From an uncultured Pseudomonadales bacterium (GTDB taxonomy: Bacteria > Patescibacteriota > Microgenomatia > UBA1400 > PJMF01), in contig CAZVBO010000003.1 in NCBI GenBank assembly GCA_964625685.1, positions 64,298-128,297 on the forward strand: a DNA stretch of 64,000 nt. Reading direction: 5' to 3'. The notes under the pieces are model-generated. The model was not told the DNA's origin. It was given only the letters and a program-made list of their open reading frames with translations, and did no database searches. This document shows, one piece after another, positions 39,003 to 48,639 of the stretch. A program made the position numbers and the translations under genes. Each line of letters starts with the position of its first letter. Position 1 is the first letter of the stretch.

Positions 39003-40883
39003 TTATTTCGCTACTCTGAGTCCATTCCCGATTGCCAGCAATTCTCCCACCTCATGGACAGCAACGGCAATAGTAATTGTCATGATACCTGCTAAGGCCG
39101 AGGGAATAAGCGCAGCCAAAAGCAGAAGGGAGAATATAATATTCTGTCTGCTGATAGCGCGTGCCTTCTTGCCAAGCTCAATCGCATAAGCAACTTTAGT
39201 AATATCATCACTCATCAAAGCTACATCCGCTGCTTCAATTGCCGCATCAGCCCCAGCAGTTCCCATTGCCATGCCGACTGTCGCGGTAGCGAGGGCTGGG
39301 GCATCGTTGACTCCATCGCCAATCATCACAACATCTTGGTATTCCTTTTTAAGTTCGTTAATCGCGGCAATTTTATCTTCTGGTTTGAGATTCGCTCGCA
39401 CATCATCCATATCAAGTTCTTTTGCAATTGCCTTAGCTGTGACTTCATTATCTCCCGTGAGCATTGCTACTTTTACTCCCATGTGATGAAGTTCCTCAAT
39501 GACTGCTTTTGCTTGCTCCCGTATTTCATCTCGGATCGCTAGCGCTCCCAGAATACTACTTTTGCCACCGACATAAATAACCGTTTTTCCATCCTGTCGC
39601 AACCTATCCATTTTGGCAATGAATCCCTTGTCTGCGTTTTCAAATAACTCTTGTTTGCCTACCTGAATAATTTGTTTTCCAACTTTCGCTACCGCGCCAG
39701 CTCCCGTCAGAGCTTTGAATGATTCTGTTTTTTTTAAATCTATGTCCATTTCTTTTGCTTTTGCAACAACAGCCCGCGCCAGCGGATGTTCTGAAAACTG
39801 CTCTAAACTCGCCGCGAGTTTTAACACCTCTGTCTCACTACCGTTGACTGCTGCGATATCTGTTACTACTGGTTTTCCAAGTGTGAGTGTTCCTGTTTTG
39901 TCAAAGGCAACTGCTTGGATTTTGCCAACATTTTCTAAATGCATACCACCTTTTATAAGCACCCCATTTTTACCGGCTGTTCCTATGCCGGTAGCGACAG
40001 CGACCGGTGTTGACATGACAAGTGCACAAGGAGCAGCGGCTACCAAAAAAACGATCGCTCGCTCTGCCCAAAGAGAAAATGAGAGCCCGAACAAAGGAGG
40101 CAAAACAAGAAGCAACAATCCCACTAATAATACGATAGGAGAGTACTTCTCGCCAAACCTTTCAATAAAGACTTGAGCCTTGCTCTTTTTATCTTGGGCC
40201 TCTTCAACTAGATGTACCATTTTGGACAACGTATTATCTGCAAATGCAGCTGTCACTTTTATTTCCAAAACACCTTCTTGGTTTATAGTAGCGGCGTAAG
40301 CCTTCATGCCCACTTCTTTTTCAACCGGAATAGACTCGCCTGTAACTGGTGCTTCGTTGATGCTGGATGATCCTTTTACAATCACTCCGTCAGTTGGCAG
40401 GGATTCACCAGGACGAACAATAAAAATGTCATCGACTTGTAATTTTGTTGCTGCAATCGTTGCCTCCTTTCCATTTTTTAGAACCCGCGCTTTTTTCGGA
40501 GCGAGATCCAACAACTTTCGAATCGACGCTCGGGTTCTGGCGAAAGTATAACCCTCTAACCCTTCTGCCGCCCCATAGATGAATACCAGTAGCGCCGCTT
40601 CTTCCCAGAGACCTAAGACTCCTGCTCCGATTGCTGCGGCCAGCATCAACAGTTCAATATCTACTTCTTTGCAATGAATCAATTCATCGATGCCTTCTTT
40701 TGCCCAGTAATAACCACCTATTATCATCGCGGTGATATACAAAATCGTTGAAAAGTACGCCTGGATAACGCCAAAGCGGAATAAAAAATACGATACGCCA
40801 ATTATTGCCCCTGCGATAAGAGCATTTCGCATCTGCGGATAGGTATACCATTTGTACTCAGTAATCGATTCTCTTTTACTCAT
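39003..40883 (-). CDS. P1B-type heavy-metal ATPase without an N-terminal metal-binding domain (APC TM motif)
   Basis: AAAPCALVMSTP, DKTGTLT, GDGVNDAPAL. Start taken at MSKRESITEY to avoid overlap with arsR. Confidence 0.75.
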   Translation of the reverse strand: MSKRESITEYKWYTYPQMRNALIAGAIIGVSYFLFRFGVIQAYFSTILYITAMIIGGYYWAKEGIDELIHCKEVDIELLMLAAAIGAGVLGLWEEAALLVFIYGAAEGLEGYTFARTRASIRKLLDLAPKKARVLKNGKEATIAATKLQVDDIFIVRPGESLPTDGVIVKGSSSINEAPVTGESIPVEKEVGMKAYAATINQEGVLEIKVTAAFADNTLSKMVHLVEEAQDKKSKAQVFIERFGEKYSPIVLLVGLLLLVLPPLFGLSFSLWAERAIVFLVAAAPCALVMSTPVAVATGIGTAGKNGVLIKGGMHLENVGKIQAVAFDKTGTLTLGKPVVTDIAAVNGSETEVLKLAASLEQFSEHPLARAVVAKAKEMDIDLKKTESFKALTGAGAVAKVGKQIIQVGKQELFENADKGFIAKMDRLRQDGKTVIYVGGKSSILGALAIRDEIREQAKAVIEELHHMGVKVAMLTGDNEVTAKAIAKELDMDDVRANLKPEDKIAAINELKKEYQDVVMIGDGVNDAPALATATVGMAMGTAGADAAIEAADVALMSDDITKVAYAIELGKKARAISRQNIIFSLLLLAALIPSALAGIMTITIAVAVHEVGELLAIGNGLRVAK

Positions 40884-40893
40884 AATAGTTATT

Positions 40894-41208
40894 TTAATAC
40901 CTTGTGCACTTGAACAGCTCTTTTGAGTGTTGGCTGACAATCTTTCGCGCCTTTTTGATAACCTCTTTTACTTCGTCCCCTGATAGTTGATAGTATGAAT
41001 TTCGGCCTTCTCTCTTGTTTTGTACGAGCCCGCAATCTAAAAGACATGCCAAATGGGTTGAGGCGTTCGGCTGCGACAGCTTTGTTTCTTTAACTATTTC
41101 TGAAACAGTTTTTGGGCCGTCCAAAATGGTTTCTAATATTGAAAGCCGAGACTGGTCAGCGAATCCTTTAAAAAGTTTAGCTTCTAGTTGCACTTGTCTT
41201 CTAGTCAT
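40894..41208 (-). CDS. ArsR/SmtB-family metal-sensing repressor
   Basis: LSILETILDGPKTVSEIV...ASTHLACLLDCGLV. Confidence 0.7.
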   Translation of the reverse strand: MTRRQVQLEAKLFKGFADQSRLSILETILDGPKTVSEIVKETKLSQPNASTHLACLLDCGLVQNKREGRNSYYQLSGDEVKEVIKKARKIVSQHSKELFKCTRY

Positions 41209-41218
41209 AGTAATATAA

Positions 41219-41242
41219 ATATATCAGTAATCACTTATATAT
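41219..41242 (+). promoter_or_regulatory. 12-0-12 imperfect inverted repeat ATATATCAGTAA/TCACTTATATAT in the divergent arsR-dsbA intergenic region; candidate ArsR operator
   Basis: 10 of 12 positions symmetric. Located between divergent starts. Confidence 0.35.
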
Positions 41243-41256
41243 ACAACCTGATTAAT

Positions 41257-42003
41257 ATGAACATGGAAGAAACAATTCAATCCCAACAGCTTACAAAAAA
41301 AGAACGTCGGGAACTAAAAATACAGCGCAAATTAGAAGCTCGCAAAAAACAAGAACGACAAAAGCGGATTAAGAAAATTAGTCTATGGTCGGTTATTCTC
41401 TTGGGAGTTGTTGCAGTTATTTTTGCTTTTAAGCTAAGTGGTGGTTCATCGTCAGATCAACCCACTTTGTCAGTTGATGCAGTAGCTACCACTGATCAAA
41501 CCAAGGGCAACAGCGAATCAAAGGTATTGCTGGTGGAATATAGCGATTTTCAGTGTCCAGCTTGCGGCCGTTACTATCCACTTTTAAAGCAGTTAAATCA
41601 AGAATTGGGAGATAAAATTCAGTTTGTCTACAGACACTTCCCCTTAAGACAGGCACACCGTAATGCAGAACCAGCGGCATTTGCAGCAGAGGCAGCAGGC
41701 AGACAAGGAAAGTTTTGGGAAATGCACGATCTTATTTTTGAGGGACAAAAAAACTGGTCTGAAAAGGGAAACGCCAAGAAGACCTTTATTGAATATGCCG
41801 AGTCTTTGAATCTTGATATTGATAAATTTAAGACCGATATGGGATCAAAAGAGATAAAAAATAAGGTTAGAAATGATTATAGTAGTGGTATAAAAGCAGG
41901 AGTCAATTCCACTCCCACACTCTTTTTAAACGGTGAGAAGCTGCAGAATCCAAGAGATTATGAAGCATTGAAAAAGCTTGTCGAGGAATCATTGGGTCAA
42001 TAG
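41257..42003 (+). CDS. DsbA-like thioredoxin-fold protein (CPAC) with a K/R-rich N-terminus and TM anchor
   Basis: FQCPACGRYY. Confidence 0.6.
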   Translation: MNMEETIQSQQLTKKERRELKIQRKLEARKKQERQKRIKKISLWSVILLGVVAVIFAFKLSGGSSSDQPTLSVDAVATTDQTKGNSESKVLLVEYSDFQCPACGRYYPLLKQLNQELGDKIQFVYRHFPLRQAHRNAEPAAFAAEAAGRQGKFWEMHDLIFEGQKNWSEKGNAKKTFIEYAESLNLDIDKFKTDMGSKEIKNKVRNDYSSGIKAGVNSTPTLFLNGEKLQNPRDYEALKKLVEESLGQ

Positions 42004-42024
42004 CCGTGTATACGATAAAAGGAG

Positions 42025-42228
42025 GTGAGAATTATGTTTGAACAACCAATAAATTTCTGGTCAAAGCATGTTATCCTGTCAAATCTGTCTCATTTTTCAG
42101 GCGGATTTGGAGCAGCTGTTTTGTTGCAGCACTATCTCGCTGGCAACGTATTTTTGCCAGCAATTGTCGGATGGCTTGCTATTGCTTTTACATTAATAAC
42201 ACACTTTATTGCTTATACTAGTAAGTAA
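42025..42228 (+). CDS. Small membrane protein (67 aa)
   Basis: AGGAGG RBS and two hydrophobic helices. Confidence 0.35.
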   Translation: MRIMFEQPINFWSKHVILSNLSHFSGGFGAAVLLQHYLAGNVFLPAIVGWLAIAFTLITHFIAYTSK

Positions 42229-42296
42229 GTGGAAAGACTGGGTAATTAAATAAGGAAGTGATAACTTATGAACTGGAAAGAAGTAAAGCAAATAAA

Positions 42297-43511
42297 ATGA
42301 ATATCACAAAAATAAGACAAGACTTTCCCCTGCTACAGTACGGTCTGAAGGGCAAGCCCGTCGTCTATTTTGACAACGCTTGCCAGACACTACGACCTTT
42401 ATCTGTTATTGACGCTGTTAATCAATACTACCGGGAGTATCCGGCCTGTGCTGGGCGTAGTGTGCACAAATTGGGAGAGCTTGTAACTAAAAAATGTGAT
42501 GAGGCCAGAAAATTAGTAGCTGATTTTATTGGCGCTAAAAGGAAAGAAGAGATTATCTTTACCAGAAACACCACCGAAGGGATAAACTTAGTTGCTCATT
42601 CCTTGGGATTAAGAACAGGTGACATTGTCATTACCACCGACAAAGAACACAATTCTAACTTGGTTCCTTGGCAAAGACTGGCTCAAAAAATCGGCATTAT
42701 TCACAAGATTGTTCCTTCAAAAAAAGACAACACCTTTAACCTGGAAGCCTTTGCAGAAATCATGAATGATAAAGTGAAACTGGTTTCCATGGTTTACACC
42801 TCAAACTTGGATGGTGTTACCATTCCGGCTGAAAAGATTATAAAAATTGCCCACAGTCACGGAAGCAAAGTCTTACTGGATGCTGCTCAAGCAATCCCTC
42901 ACCAGAAAATAAATGTCAGGAAACTTAATGTAGATTTCTTAGCCTTTTCAGGACATAAAATGCTGGGCCCATCAGGCACGGGCGTGCTTTATGGTAAATA
43001 TAAACTTCTGGAAGAACTGGAACCATTTTTAGTAGGCGGTGATACGGTTGAATACTCCACCTACAAAGATCATCAATTCCTGCCTTTACCTGAGAAATTT
43101 GAGGCAGGACTACAAAACTATGCTGGTATTGTTGGATTAGGAGAAGCGGTTAAATATTTGGAGCAGGTTGGTTTAAAAAACATTGTCGGGCAAGAATACA
43201 AATTAAACAAATTTATAACTAATGAGCTAACCAAAATTGCCCGGATAAAAATCATCGGTCCTCAAGACCCTGCATTGCGAGGGGGAATAGTGTCTTTTTG
43301 TGTTGAAGACGTAGATCCACATCAGATCGCACTTATCTCAGATGAATCGTCCAACATCATGATTCGTTCTGGTCAGCACTGCGTTCATTCCTGGTTTAAT
43401 GCTCACAATATCCCAGGATCGGCCAGAGCATCACTGTATTTTTATAACACTCTTGAGGAAGCGGAAACATTTATTACCAATTTACAAAAGACCGTTAAGC
43501 TTTTAACCTGA
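42297..43511 (+). CDS. Cysteine desulfurase-like class V aminotransferase (SufS/NifS-like)
   Basis: PLP-lysine region SGHKMLGPSGTGVLYG. Active-site Cys context SGQHCVH. Start taken at MNITKIRQ. Confidence 0.7.
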   Translation: MNITKIRQDFPLLQYGLKGKPVVYFDNACQTLRPLSVIDAVNQYYREYPACAGRSVHKLGELVTKKCDEARKLVADFIGAKRKEEIIFTRNTTEGINLVAHSLGLRTGDIVITTDKEHNSNLVPWQRLAQKIGIIHKIVPSKKDNTFNLEAFAEIMNDKVKLVSMVYTSNLDGVTIPAEKIIKIAHSHGSKVLLDAAQAIPHQKINVRKLNVDFLAFSGHKMLGPSGTGVLYGKYKLLEELEPFLVGGDTVEYSTYKDHQFLPLPEKFEAGLQNYAGIVGLGEAVKYLEQVGLKNIVGQEYKLNKFITNELTKIARIKIIGPQDPALRGGIVSFCVEDVDPHQIALISDESSNIMIRSGQHCVHSWFNAHNIPGSARASLYFYNTLEEAETFITNLQKTVKLLT

Positions 43512-43514
43512 ATT

Positions 43515-44441
43515 ATGTTTTGTCTACTTGCTTTAATCATATTTTCTATTCTGGGTATCTTTAGCGCCAGTCATAGACAGTTGGCTAAAGAAGCTTTTGA
43601 CTGCGTTTTTAGAAGAATAACACTGCGTCCTTGTAACACCGGCTTTGATAAAAAAATAAAAAGTAAGATTGTCGGCAAACTGTTAAATAGATCAGAGTTT
43701 GTAGCTAAGCTACTGAACAAGCACTTTGAAATGGTCTCGTGGGTTTTCTTTATCATACTTTTGGGGAGTGGTTTATGGGTAGTAAAAGGAGGATACAACT
43801 TTTATATGTATGGCAGCTGTAACGGCCTGAATGCCTCAGGTTTCTGCGCATTTGACCCAACAGGAGAAAATAACAAGGTCTCTCAAATTAGTGATAGCTG
43901 TAGTTTAAATCCTCCCTCAGAAAGCGACTTGGATTTAGCAGCAATCAACTTGAGTGAGTATCCTACGAAAGATGCCGGCTCAGAAGATAGCTTAGTATTT
44001 ATCGGCTGTTACAACTGCGATTATACCCGTAAAGCCTATCCGTTGATACAAAAATTGCAAGATAACTATGAATTTAATTACACTTTTGTTCATTTCCCTG
44101 TTAAAGATGAAACTTCGTATATATCCAACTATGTTTATTGTGGCAATTTGCAAGATCCAGAAAAACTTTGGCGGTTCAATGGTAAATTATTTGCTTCAAG
44201 TAAGGAGGATGTTTCTAACAATGGGTATGTAGATAAAATTGCAGTAGAAGTGGGATTTGATGTTGATGCCTTACAAGCATGCGTTACAAGTGAAGAAACG
44301 CAAAAGATAGTTGATAATCAATTTGAACAAGTACGCGCAACCGGAATTTACGGCACTCCCACTATTTTTATCAATGACAAGGCCCTGGTAGGTCCTAAGC
44401 CATACAGGGTTTATCAAAGAATGCTGGGGAAGTTTTGGTAA
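43515..44441 (+). CDS. Membrane-anchored DsbA-like thioredoxin-fold protein (CYNC)
   Basis: N-terminal TM helices. FIGCYNCDYTRKAYP. Confidence 0.5.
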   Translation: MFCLLALIIFSILGIFSASHRQLAKEAFDCVFRRITLRPCNTGFDKKIKSKIVGKLLNRSEFVAKLLNKHFEMVSWVFFIILLGSGLWVVKGGYNFYMYGSCNGLNASGFCAFDPTGENNKVSQISDSCSLNPPSESDLDLAAINLSEYPTKDAGSEDSLVFIGCYNCDYTRKAYPLIQKLQDNYEFNYTFVHFPVKDETSYISNYVYCGNLQDPEKLWRFNGKLFASSKEDVSNNGYVDKIAVEVGFDVDALQACVTSEETQKIVDNQFEQVRATGIYGTPTIFINDKALVGPKPYRVYQRMLGKFW

Positions 44442-44468
44442 TGAACAACCACTTCGTAGTTAATTGTT

Positions 44469-45101
44469 TCACCTGGCAAGCTTTTCTGGGGATTGGTTTT
44501 TGTAGGTGTCAATATATTTCTGAAGTAAAGCTTGGTCTACTTCCTCTAACTTCATCATCCTGCTCCAAGATACAACTGCAATTTTTGCGTCATTAGCATT
44601 CCTGGGCGAAATAATCACGCTTTGAGAATTTTGCTTTCCAATTTCTTCCAGTATGTTTTTTGTCTCCTCATCCACATTCTTATAGGAGATCCAAATACCT
44701 CCATGCTCTAGTCCATGAACTGCTGCTTTGTCCTCTATTTCTTTGCTGTAAACACCCCATTTTTCCGCTTGGGCTAAGTGTCCACCCGAAGTGGGAGGGT
44801 TAGTCTTGTATTCAACAGTGGTTCCTAACGGCACATGATCTCTGCCTTCGATCGGAAACTCTTCCACCTTTCCGTCCAGGGAAACCGTTTCAACTTTTTG
44901 TTCAAACTCAATCCGTTCAGGAGACTTTTTAGTTAGTTGTAGGTAGCCAAATATTGCAACAACTAGTACCACGATGACAAAACTCCAATTGCGGATCATT
45001 TTGATCGTCTCGGTTTTGCGTTCATTCTCCCGCCTCAACGCCTTGAGCTTTTTCTTGCGCTCGTGCTTGGGTAGCTCGTTCCATTCTTCTGGATAATCCA
45101 T
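44469..45101 (-). CDS. DUF3105-like membrane-anchored protein
   Basis: Start at MDYPEEW, 1 nt after the upstream stop. HGLEHGGIWISY motif. Confidence 0.4.
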   Translation of the reverse strand: MDYPEEWNELPKHERKKKLKALRRENERKTETIKMIRNWSFVIVVLVVAIFGYLQLTKKSPERIEFEQKVETVSLDGKVEEFPIEGRDHVPLGTTVEYKTNPPTSGGHLAQAEKWGVYSKEIEDKAAVHGLEHGGIWISYKNVDEETKNILEEIGKQNSQSVIISPRNANDAKIAVVSWSRMMKLEEVDQALLQKYIDTYKNQSPEKLAR

Positions 45102-45102
45102 G

Positions 45103-45744
45103 TTAGTGTCCTTCTCCTTCCCCCGTGTGGCCAGGGCCACCACAGCCGTCCAGCATATCCCAGAGATCAGCCACCTGCTGACCGTCATAGCCCTTTTCAG
45201 CAATAAGATACTTGGCTAAGCCTTCAAACGCCGTCCAGCGCCAACATTTACAGCAACAAGGTCCGCCTTCATCGGACATTTCCATGGCAGTGTCATATAT
45301 GGACTGCTGATCTTCATTTAAGGTAATAGTCTGTTGGTATTCGAAAAGTTGCTTGGCTAGAGCTACGGGAATGTTGTATGGATCCTCGGGAATAACATCT
45401 ATATCGGAATATTTTTTTAGCCTTTCAACCTGTTCCTGATAACGATGAAAGTCCATGGCTCCACAACAGGCTCCCTGAATACTCTCTTCATCTGAAAAGC
45501 CGTCAACAGTCGTTGGTTGCAGCCCACAAAAACTACTAGTGGCTGTTTTTGTGGTTGAAAGATAGTTAAATGCCTCTTGAGTTCCGGCAGCAAAGGCAGA
45601 TTTAACTCCGAAAGTGGCATTTTTTGAGCCGTTTCCAAAAATGTCATTTAAGTTAAATTTAAGACCGCCTGTAGCGCCTACGCCGACAACGAAAGACAAC
45701 ACAACTGCACCCAAGATTAAAAAATAGGAATATTTCTGTTTCAT
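45103..45744 (-). CDS. Secreted Cys-rich hypothetical protein
   Basis: Signal peptide. GACCGAMDFH, GGPCCCKCW and DGCGGPGH. Confidence 0.4.
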   Translation of the reverse strand: MKQKYSYFLILGAVVLSFVVGVGATGGLKFNLNDIFGNGSKNATFGVKSAFAAGTQEAFNYLSTTKTATSSFCGLQPTTVDGFSDEESIQGACCGAMDFHRYQEQVERLKKYSDIDVIPEDPYNIPVALAKQLFEYQQTITLNEDQQSIYDTAMEMSDEGGPCCCKCWRWTAFEGLAKYLIAEKGYDGQQVADLWDMLDGCGGPGHTGEGEGH

Positions 45745-46280
45745 GATGTACTTCTTACCCCACACACGAGTGGGTCATTAATTTTTTTCATAGTAAAGTG
45801 AATAGCAAACAATATAACGCCTATGCCCAAGAAACCGAATTCCTGACCTCTAAAGGGAAGGAATCCCAACACAGCCGTAGCCGTTCCAAAGCCAATAAGA
45901 GAAGTTAAAACTACCGACCCACAAGAAGCGCAGCCTACTCCCAACAAGCTGGTTGCTACTCCCAGAGTCGACATACCCATGGACCGCTGCAATTTAGCAG
46001 TTTGACGCGTGTAATAACCTAAGAGGCTCACCTGTACCCCTGCCAATCCAGCACTAACAAAAGTTACAGCCCGCGAAAGCGCGGTGAAGTTAGTTTGCAA
46101 AGAACCCAACAGACTAGTCATGAGATTGGTTTTCTGCCACAAAGTCATGGTTGAACTAGTCATAGTCTTGGTTATTAAATGAAGATTTGGCAACCAGGCG
46201 GCAAAAGCAATTACAGCCAATGAGACTGTAATTGCCACTGCTAAATATTTCGGTTGTCTAATTATTTCTATAACTGTCAT
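45741..46280 (-). CDS. Integral membrane protein with GCASCG in a TM helix (possible membrane thiol oxidoreductase)
   Basis: Polytopic. ATGA overlap with the downstream gene. Confidence 0.4.
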   Translation of the reverse strand: MTVIEIIRQPKYLAVAITVSLAVIAFAAWLPNLHLITKTMTSSTMTLWQKTNLMTSLLGSLQTNFTALSRAVTFVSAGLAGVQVSLLGYYTRQTAKLQRSMGMSTLGVATSLLGVGCASCGSVVLTSLIGFGTATAVLGFLPFRGQEFGFLGIGVILFAIHFTMKKINDPLVCGVRSTS

Positions 46281-46282
46281 GG

Positions 46283-47056
46283 TTACTCTAGTAATGGGTC
46301 AATCACTGCCTGGAAAGCAGCGTATGGCTGAGCACCCACTACTAAGTCACCATCAATTTCACCATTGCCAGCTGACTTACCAATCACAAAGGTGGGGGTT
46401 CCCGATGCCCCAGCCGCAGATCCGTCCGCAATATCCTTTTTGACTTCATCCGTTTGGGAGGTATCAGCGATACAGGTATTAAACGAATTTAGATTTAATC
46501 CCAAATCAGTAGCAATAGTTGTCAGATCAGCACCAGATAAACCATTGCCGTTTGATTTGGTTCGGGTAAAGATCTCGTCATGATACTGGAAGTATTTGGA
46601 GTCACCCCCTTGCTCACGGGCACAGTTGGCAGCTACTGCTTCTTTGGTGGCCATCGGATCATGGAAAGATAACGGGAAATCCCGATAGACGATTTTTACC
46701 TTGCCAGTATCCACATAATTTTTGATTAACTGAGGTAAGGTTTCGTCAAAGTGGCGTTTACAAAACGGACATTCATAGTCAGAAAATTCTACAATAGTAA
46801 TTGGTGCGTTTTTATCTCCCAGAACAGGGTCGTCATCAACCGATGCCACACCTTTGGTGGGTTGCTGGGGCTGAGGAGCGGCAGCCTGAGCAGGTTGTTG
46901 ATTATTAATTGAACCTTGCACTGTTCCTTTTTCCAGCATCTGCACTTTGGTATAGAGGGAACCAACTAAAAAGGCAGCCACTACTAAAGCTGCGGTCAAT
47001 ATGGGAACTAATTTCCCGGAAAAAAGCTTCGTTGTTAGTTTTGTAGTTTCACTCAT
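46283..47056 (-). CDS. DsbA-family thiol:disulfide oxidoreductase (CPFC), membrane-anchored
   Basis: FSDYECPFCKRHF. Confidence 0.65.
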   Translation of the reverse strand: MSETTKLTTKLFSGKLVPILTAALVVAAFLVGSLYTKVQMLEKGTVQGSINNQQPAQAAAPQPQQPTKGVASVDDDPVLGDKNAPITIVEFSDYECPFCKRHFDETLPQLIKNYVDTGKVKIVYRDFPLSFHDPMATKEAVAANCAREQGGDSKYFQYHDEIFTRTKSNGNGLSGADLTTIATDLGLNLNSFNTCIADTSQTDEVKKDIADGSAAGASGTPTFVIGKSAGNGEIDGDLVVGAQPYAAFQAVIDPLLE

Positions 47057-47123
47057 ATGCTCTCCTTAAAAGTTTGACAGGCTTTACTATCTCCTACAAC
47101 TGTAGGTGATTATTTTTCTCTTG

Positions 47124-48119
47124 TCAATGAGAAGATGAAAGCGAAAAAGAAGCGGGCACTAAGGGAGTAAAATTATGTGTATCTTTGGTCTCATGACCGG
47201 AGCAATCAGTGGTTTGACATCCCTCTTCCACCCTACAAACACCACCCGTTTCAAAAGCAAATTCAGCAGCTACCTGACTTGGCTGAACAATGGCAATTCC
47301 CAACATTAGGGCTAGGCTAAATATACTCACGGACAATGGCTTCATGCCAATCCGCTCAAACGAGAGCTTGTTGCCTACCAAAGATTCAACTCGTCTTTCA
47401 ATCGGCGAGGTGGCAAAGTGCGGAAAAGAGTCGCCAGCATACTGTAAATTCAGCGCCAGTGAGCCACACAGATGGTCCCGTGTTTTTTGCTTATCAACCA
47501 CGAAGGCATCTGCCGCTAATTCAAACTCAGTCCTCAGCTCTCGAGCCAGGTGCTCAATCAGCGGAATAAAGAAAAACAGAGAACTGATCAATCTGGAGAA
47601 CAGTAGCCATAAGACATGATTGCTTCGAAGATGATACAACTCATGGAGAATCACCGCTTCCAATTGTTCTCTTGAGAGTTTTTGGATTAACAACCGAGAA
47701 ACAACAATTTTGGGTTTAATTAAACCAATAGTATATGCACTCAATTTACCACCTTTGACTACTAAAATTGTCTTTTCTGTAAGGTCGTGCTTATTTATGA
47801 TCCACTGCAACTTGTCGGGTGTTCTCTCGATCGCCCTGAGTTGGTGTAGTCGCCGGTGAGCTATCAAAAACCGTACCAATTGCCGCAATGCCAAGCCAAC
47901 TCCAACGGCAGCAATCAGCAATACGAACGAGGACACTACGCCGTCAGGATTAAAGTGAATGTGTTCGCCGACATCCTTCAGGATTTCACCACAGGCAGTA
48001 ATGAAAAACTGAGGATGCAGACTGGTTTTAGTAGCTAGCAAATATGATCCCAGCAAAAAGATGGCGCTTGAGACGACTACGAATATGGTAAATAGATTAA
48101 TCCTTATTTTTATTCTCAT
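47124..48119 (-). CDS. M56-family (BlaR1/MecR1-like) zinc metalloprotease signal transducer with a short Cys-rich C-terminal tail
   Basis: HELYHL (HExxH). N-terminal TM helices. C-terminal TM then CRVEEGCQTTDCSGH. No beta-lactam sensor domain. Confidence 0.6.
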   Translation of the reverse strand: MRIKIRINLFTIFVVVSSAIFLLGSYLLATKTSLHPQFFITACGEILKDVGEHIHFNPDGVVSSFVLLIAAVGVGLALRQLVRFLIAHRRLHQLRAIERTPDKLQWIINKHDLTEKTILVVKGGKLSAYTIGLIKPKIVVSRLLIQKLSREQLEAVILHELYHLRSNHVLWLLFSRLISSLFFFIPLIEHLARELRTEFELAADAFVVDKQKTRDHLCGSLALNLQYAGDSFPHFATSPIERRVESLVGNKLSFERIGMKPLSVSIFSLALMLGIAIVQPSQVAAEFAFETGGVCRVEEGCQTTDCSGHETKDTHNFTPLVPASFSLSSSH

Positions 48120-48520
48120 TTTTTCTGTAATTTCTCTATTAGCTTCTGGCGAGTATCTTCTGAGATATCATCCAAACCGTCCACAAAAGCAATCAAAGCT
48201 TCCTCACCAAACTGGCCAGTGAAGTTTCCCATTGTCTGATTAATCAGGGATGACAAAATGTTTTTTTGCTTGGCTGCCGGTTTATAGACATGAGTTTTGC
48301 CCTGCAATTTTCTTTTAAGCAACCCTTTGTCCACCAAGCGGGTCATGATGGTTTGCACGGTGTTGTAAGCGATCTCCCGATCCTGGCTAATACAATCCAC
48401 AATATCTCTGGCCGTACAGGTTTTCTTTTCCCAAATACAAGCCATCACTTCCTGCTCCAGCGGTCCCAAAGAAACTTTTTTCATACCTACAAGTGTAGGA
48501 CTAAATACACAATATTTCAA
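48116..48520 (-). CDS. BlaI/MecI/CopY-family transcriptional repressor
   Basis: LGPLEQEVMACIWEKKTCTARDIV...YNTVQTIMTRLVDKGLL. Start overlaps the M56 gene. Confidence 0.7.
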   Translation of the reverse strand: MKYCVFSPTLVGMKKVSLGPLEQEVMACIWEKKTCTARDIVDCISQDREIAYNTVQTIMTRLVDKGLLKRKLQGKTHVYKPAAKQKNILSSLINQTMGNFTGQFGEEALIAFVDGLDDISEDTRQKLIEKLQKK

Positions 48521-48639
48521 CGAGAATTAAGTAAATACTTAGTTGCTTACATTAGTAAACATAAATCACCACAAAGTTTATTGAGATAAACATAAGACTC
48601 CCGCTAGGCTGGACATAGTTAATTCCAATTTGAATTTCT

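Noticed and set aside
39271-40551. Multiple ORFs antisense to the P1B ATPase (39271-39486, 39715-40176, 40306-40551) and to other long genes (e.g. 11675-12040, 34170-34656, 55091-55403)
   Set aside because: They are typical antisense ORFs inside strongly supported genes. No independent signals.
42258-42296. GTG start for the cysteine desulfurase
   Set aside because: The RBS is only 1-2 nt from the GTG. The downstream ATG (MNITKIRQ) fits better.
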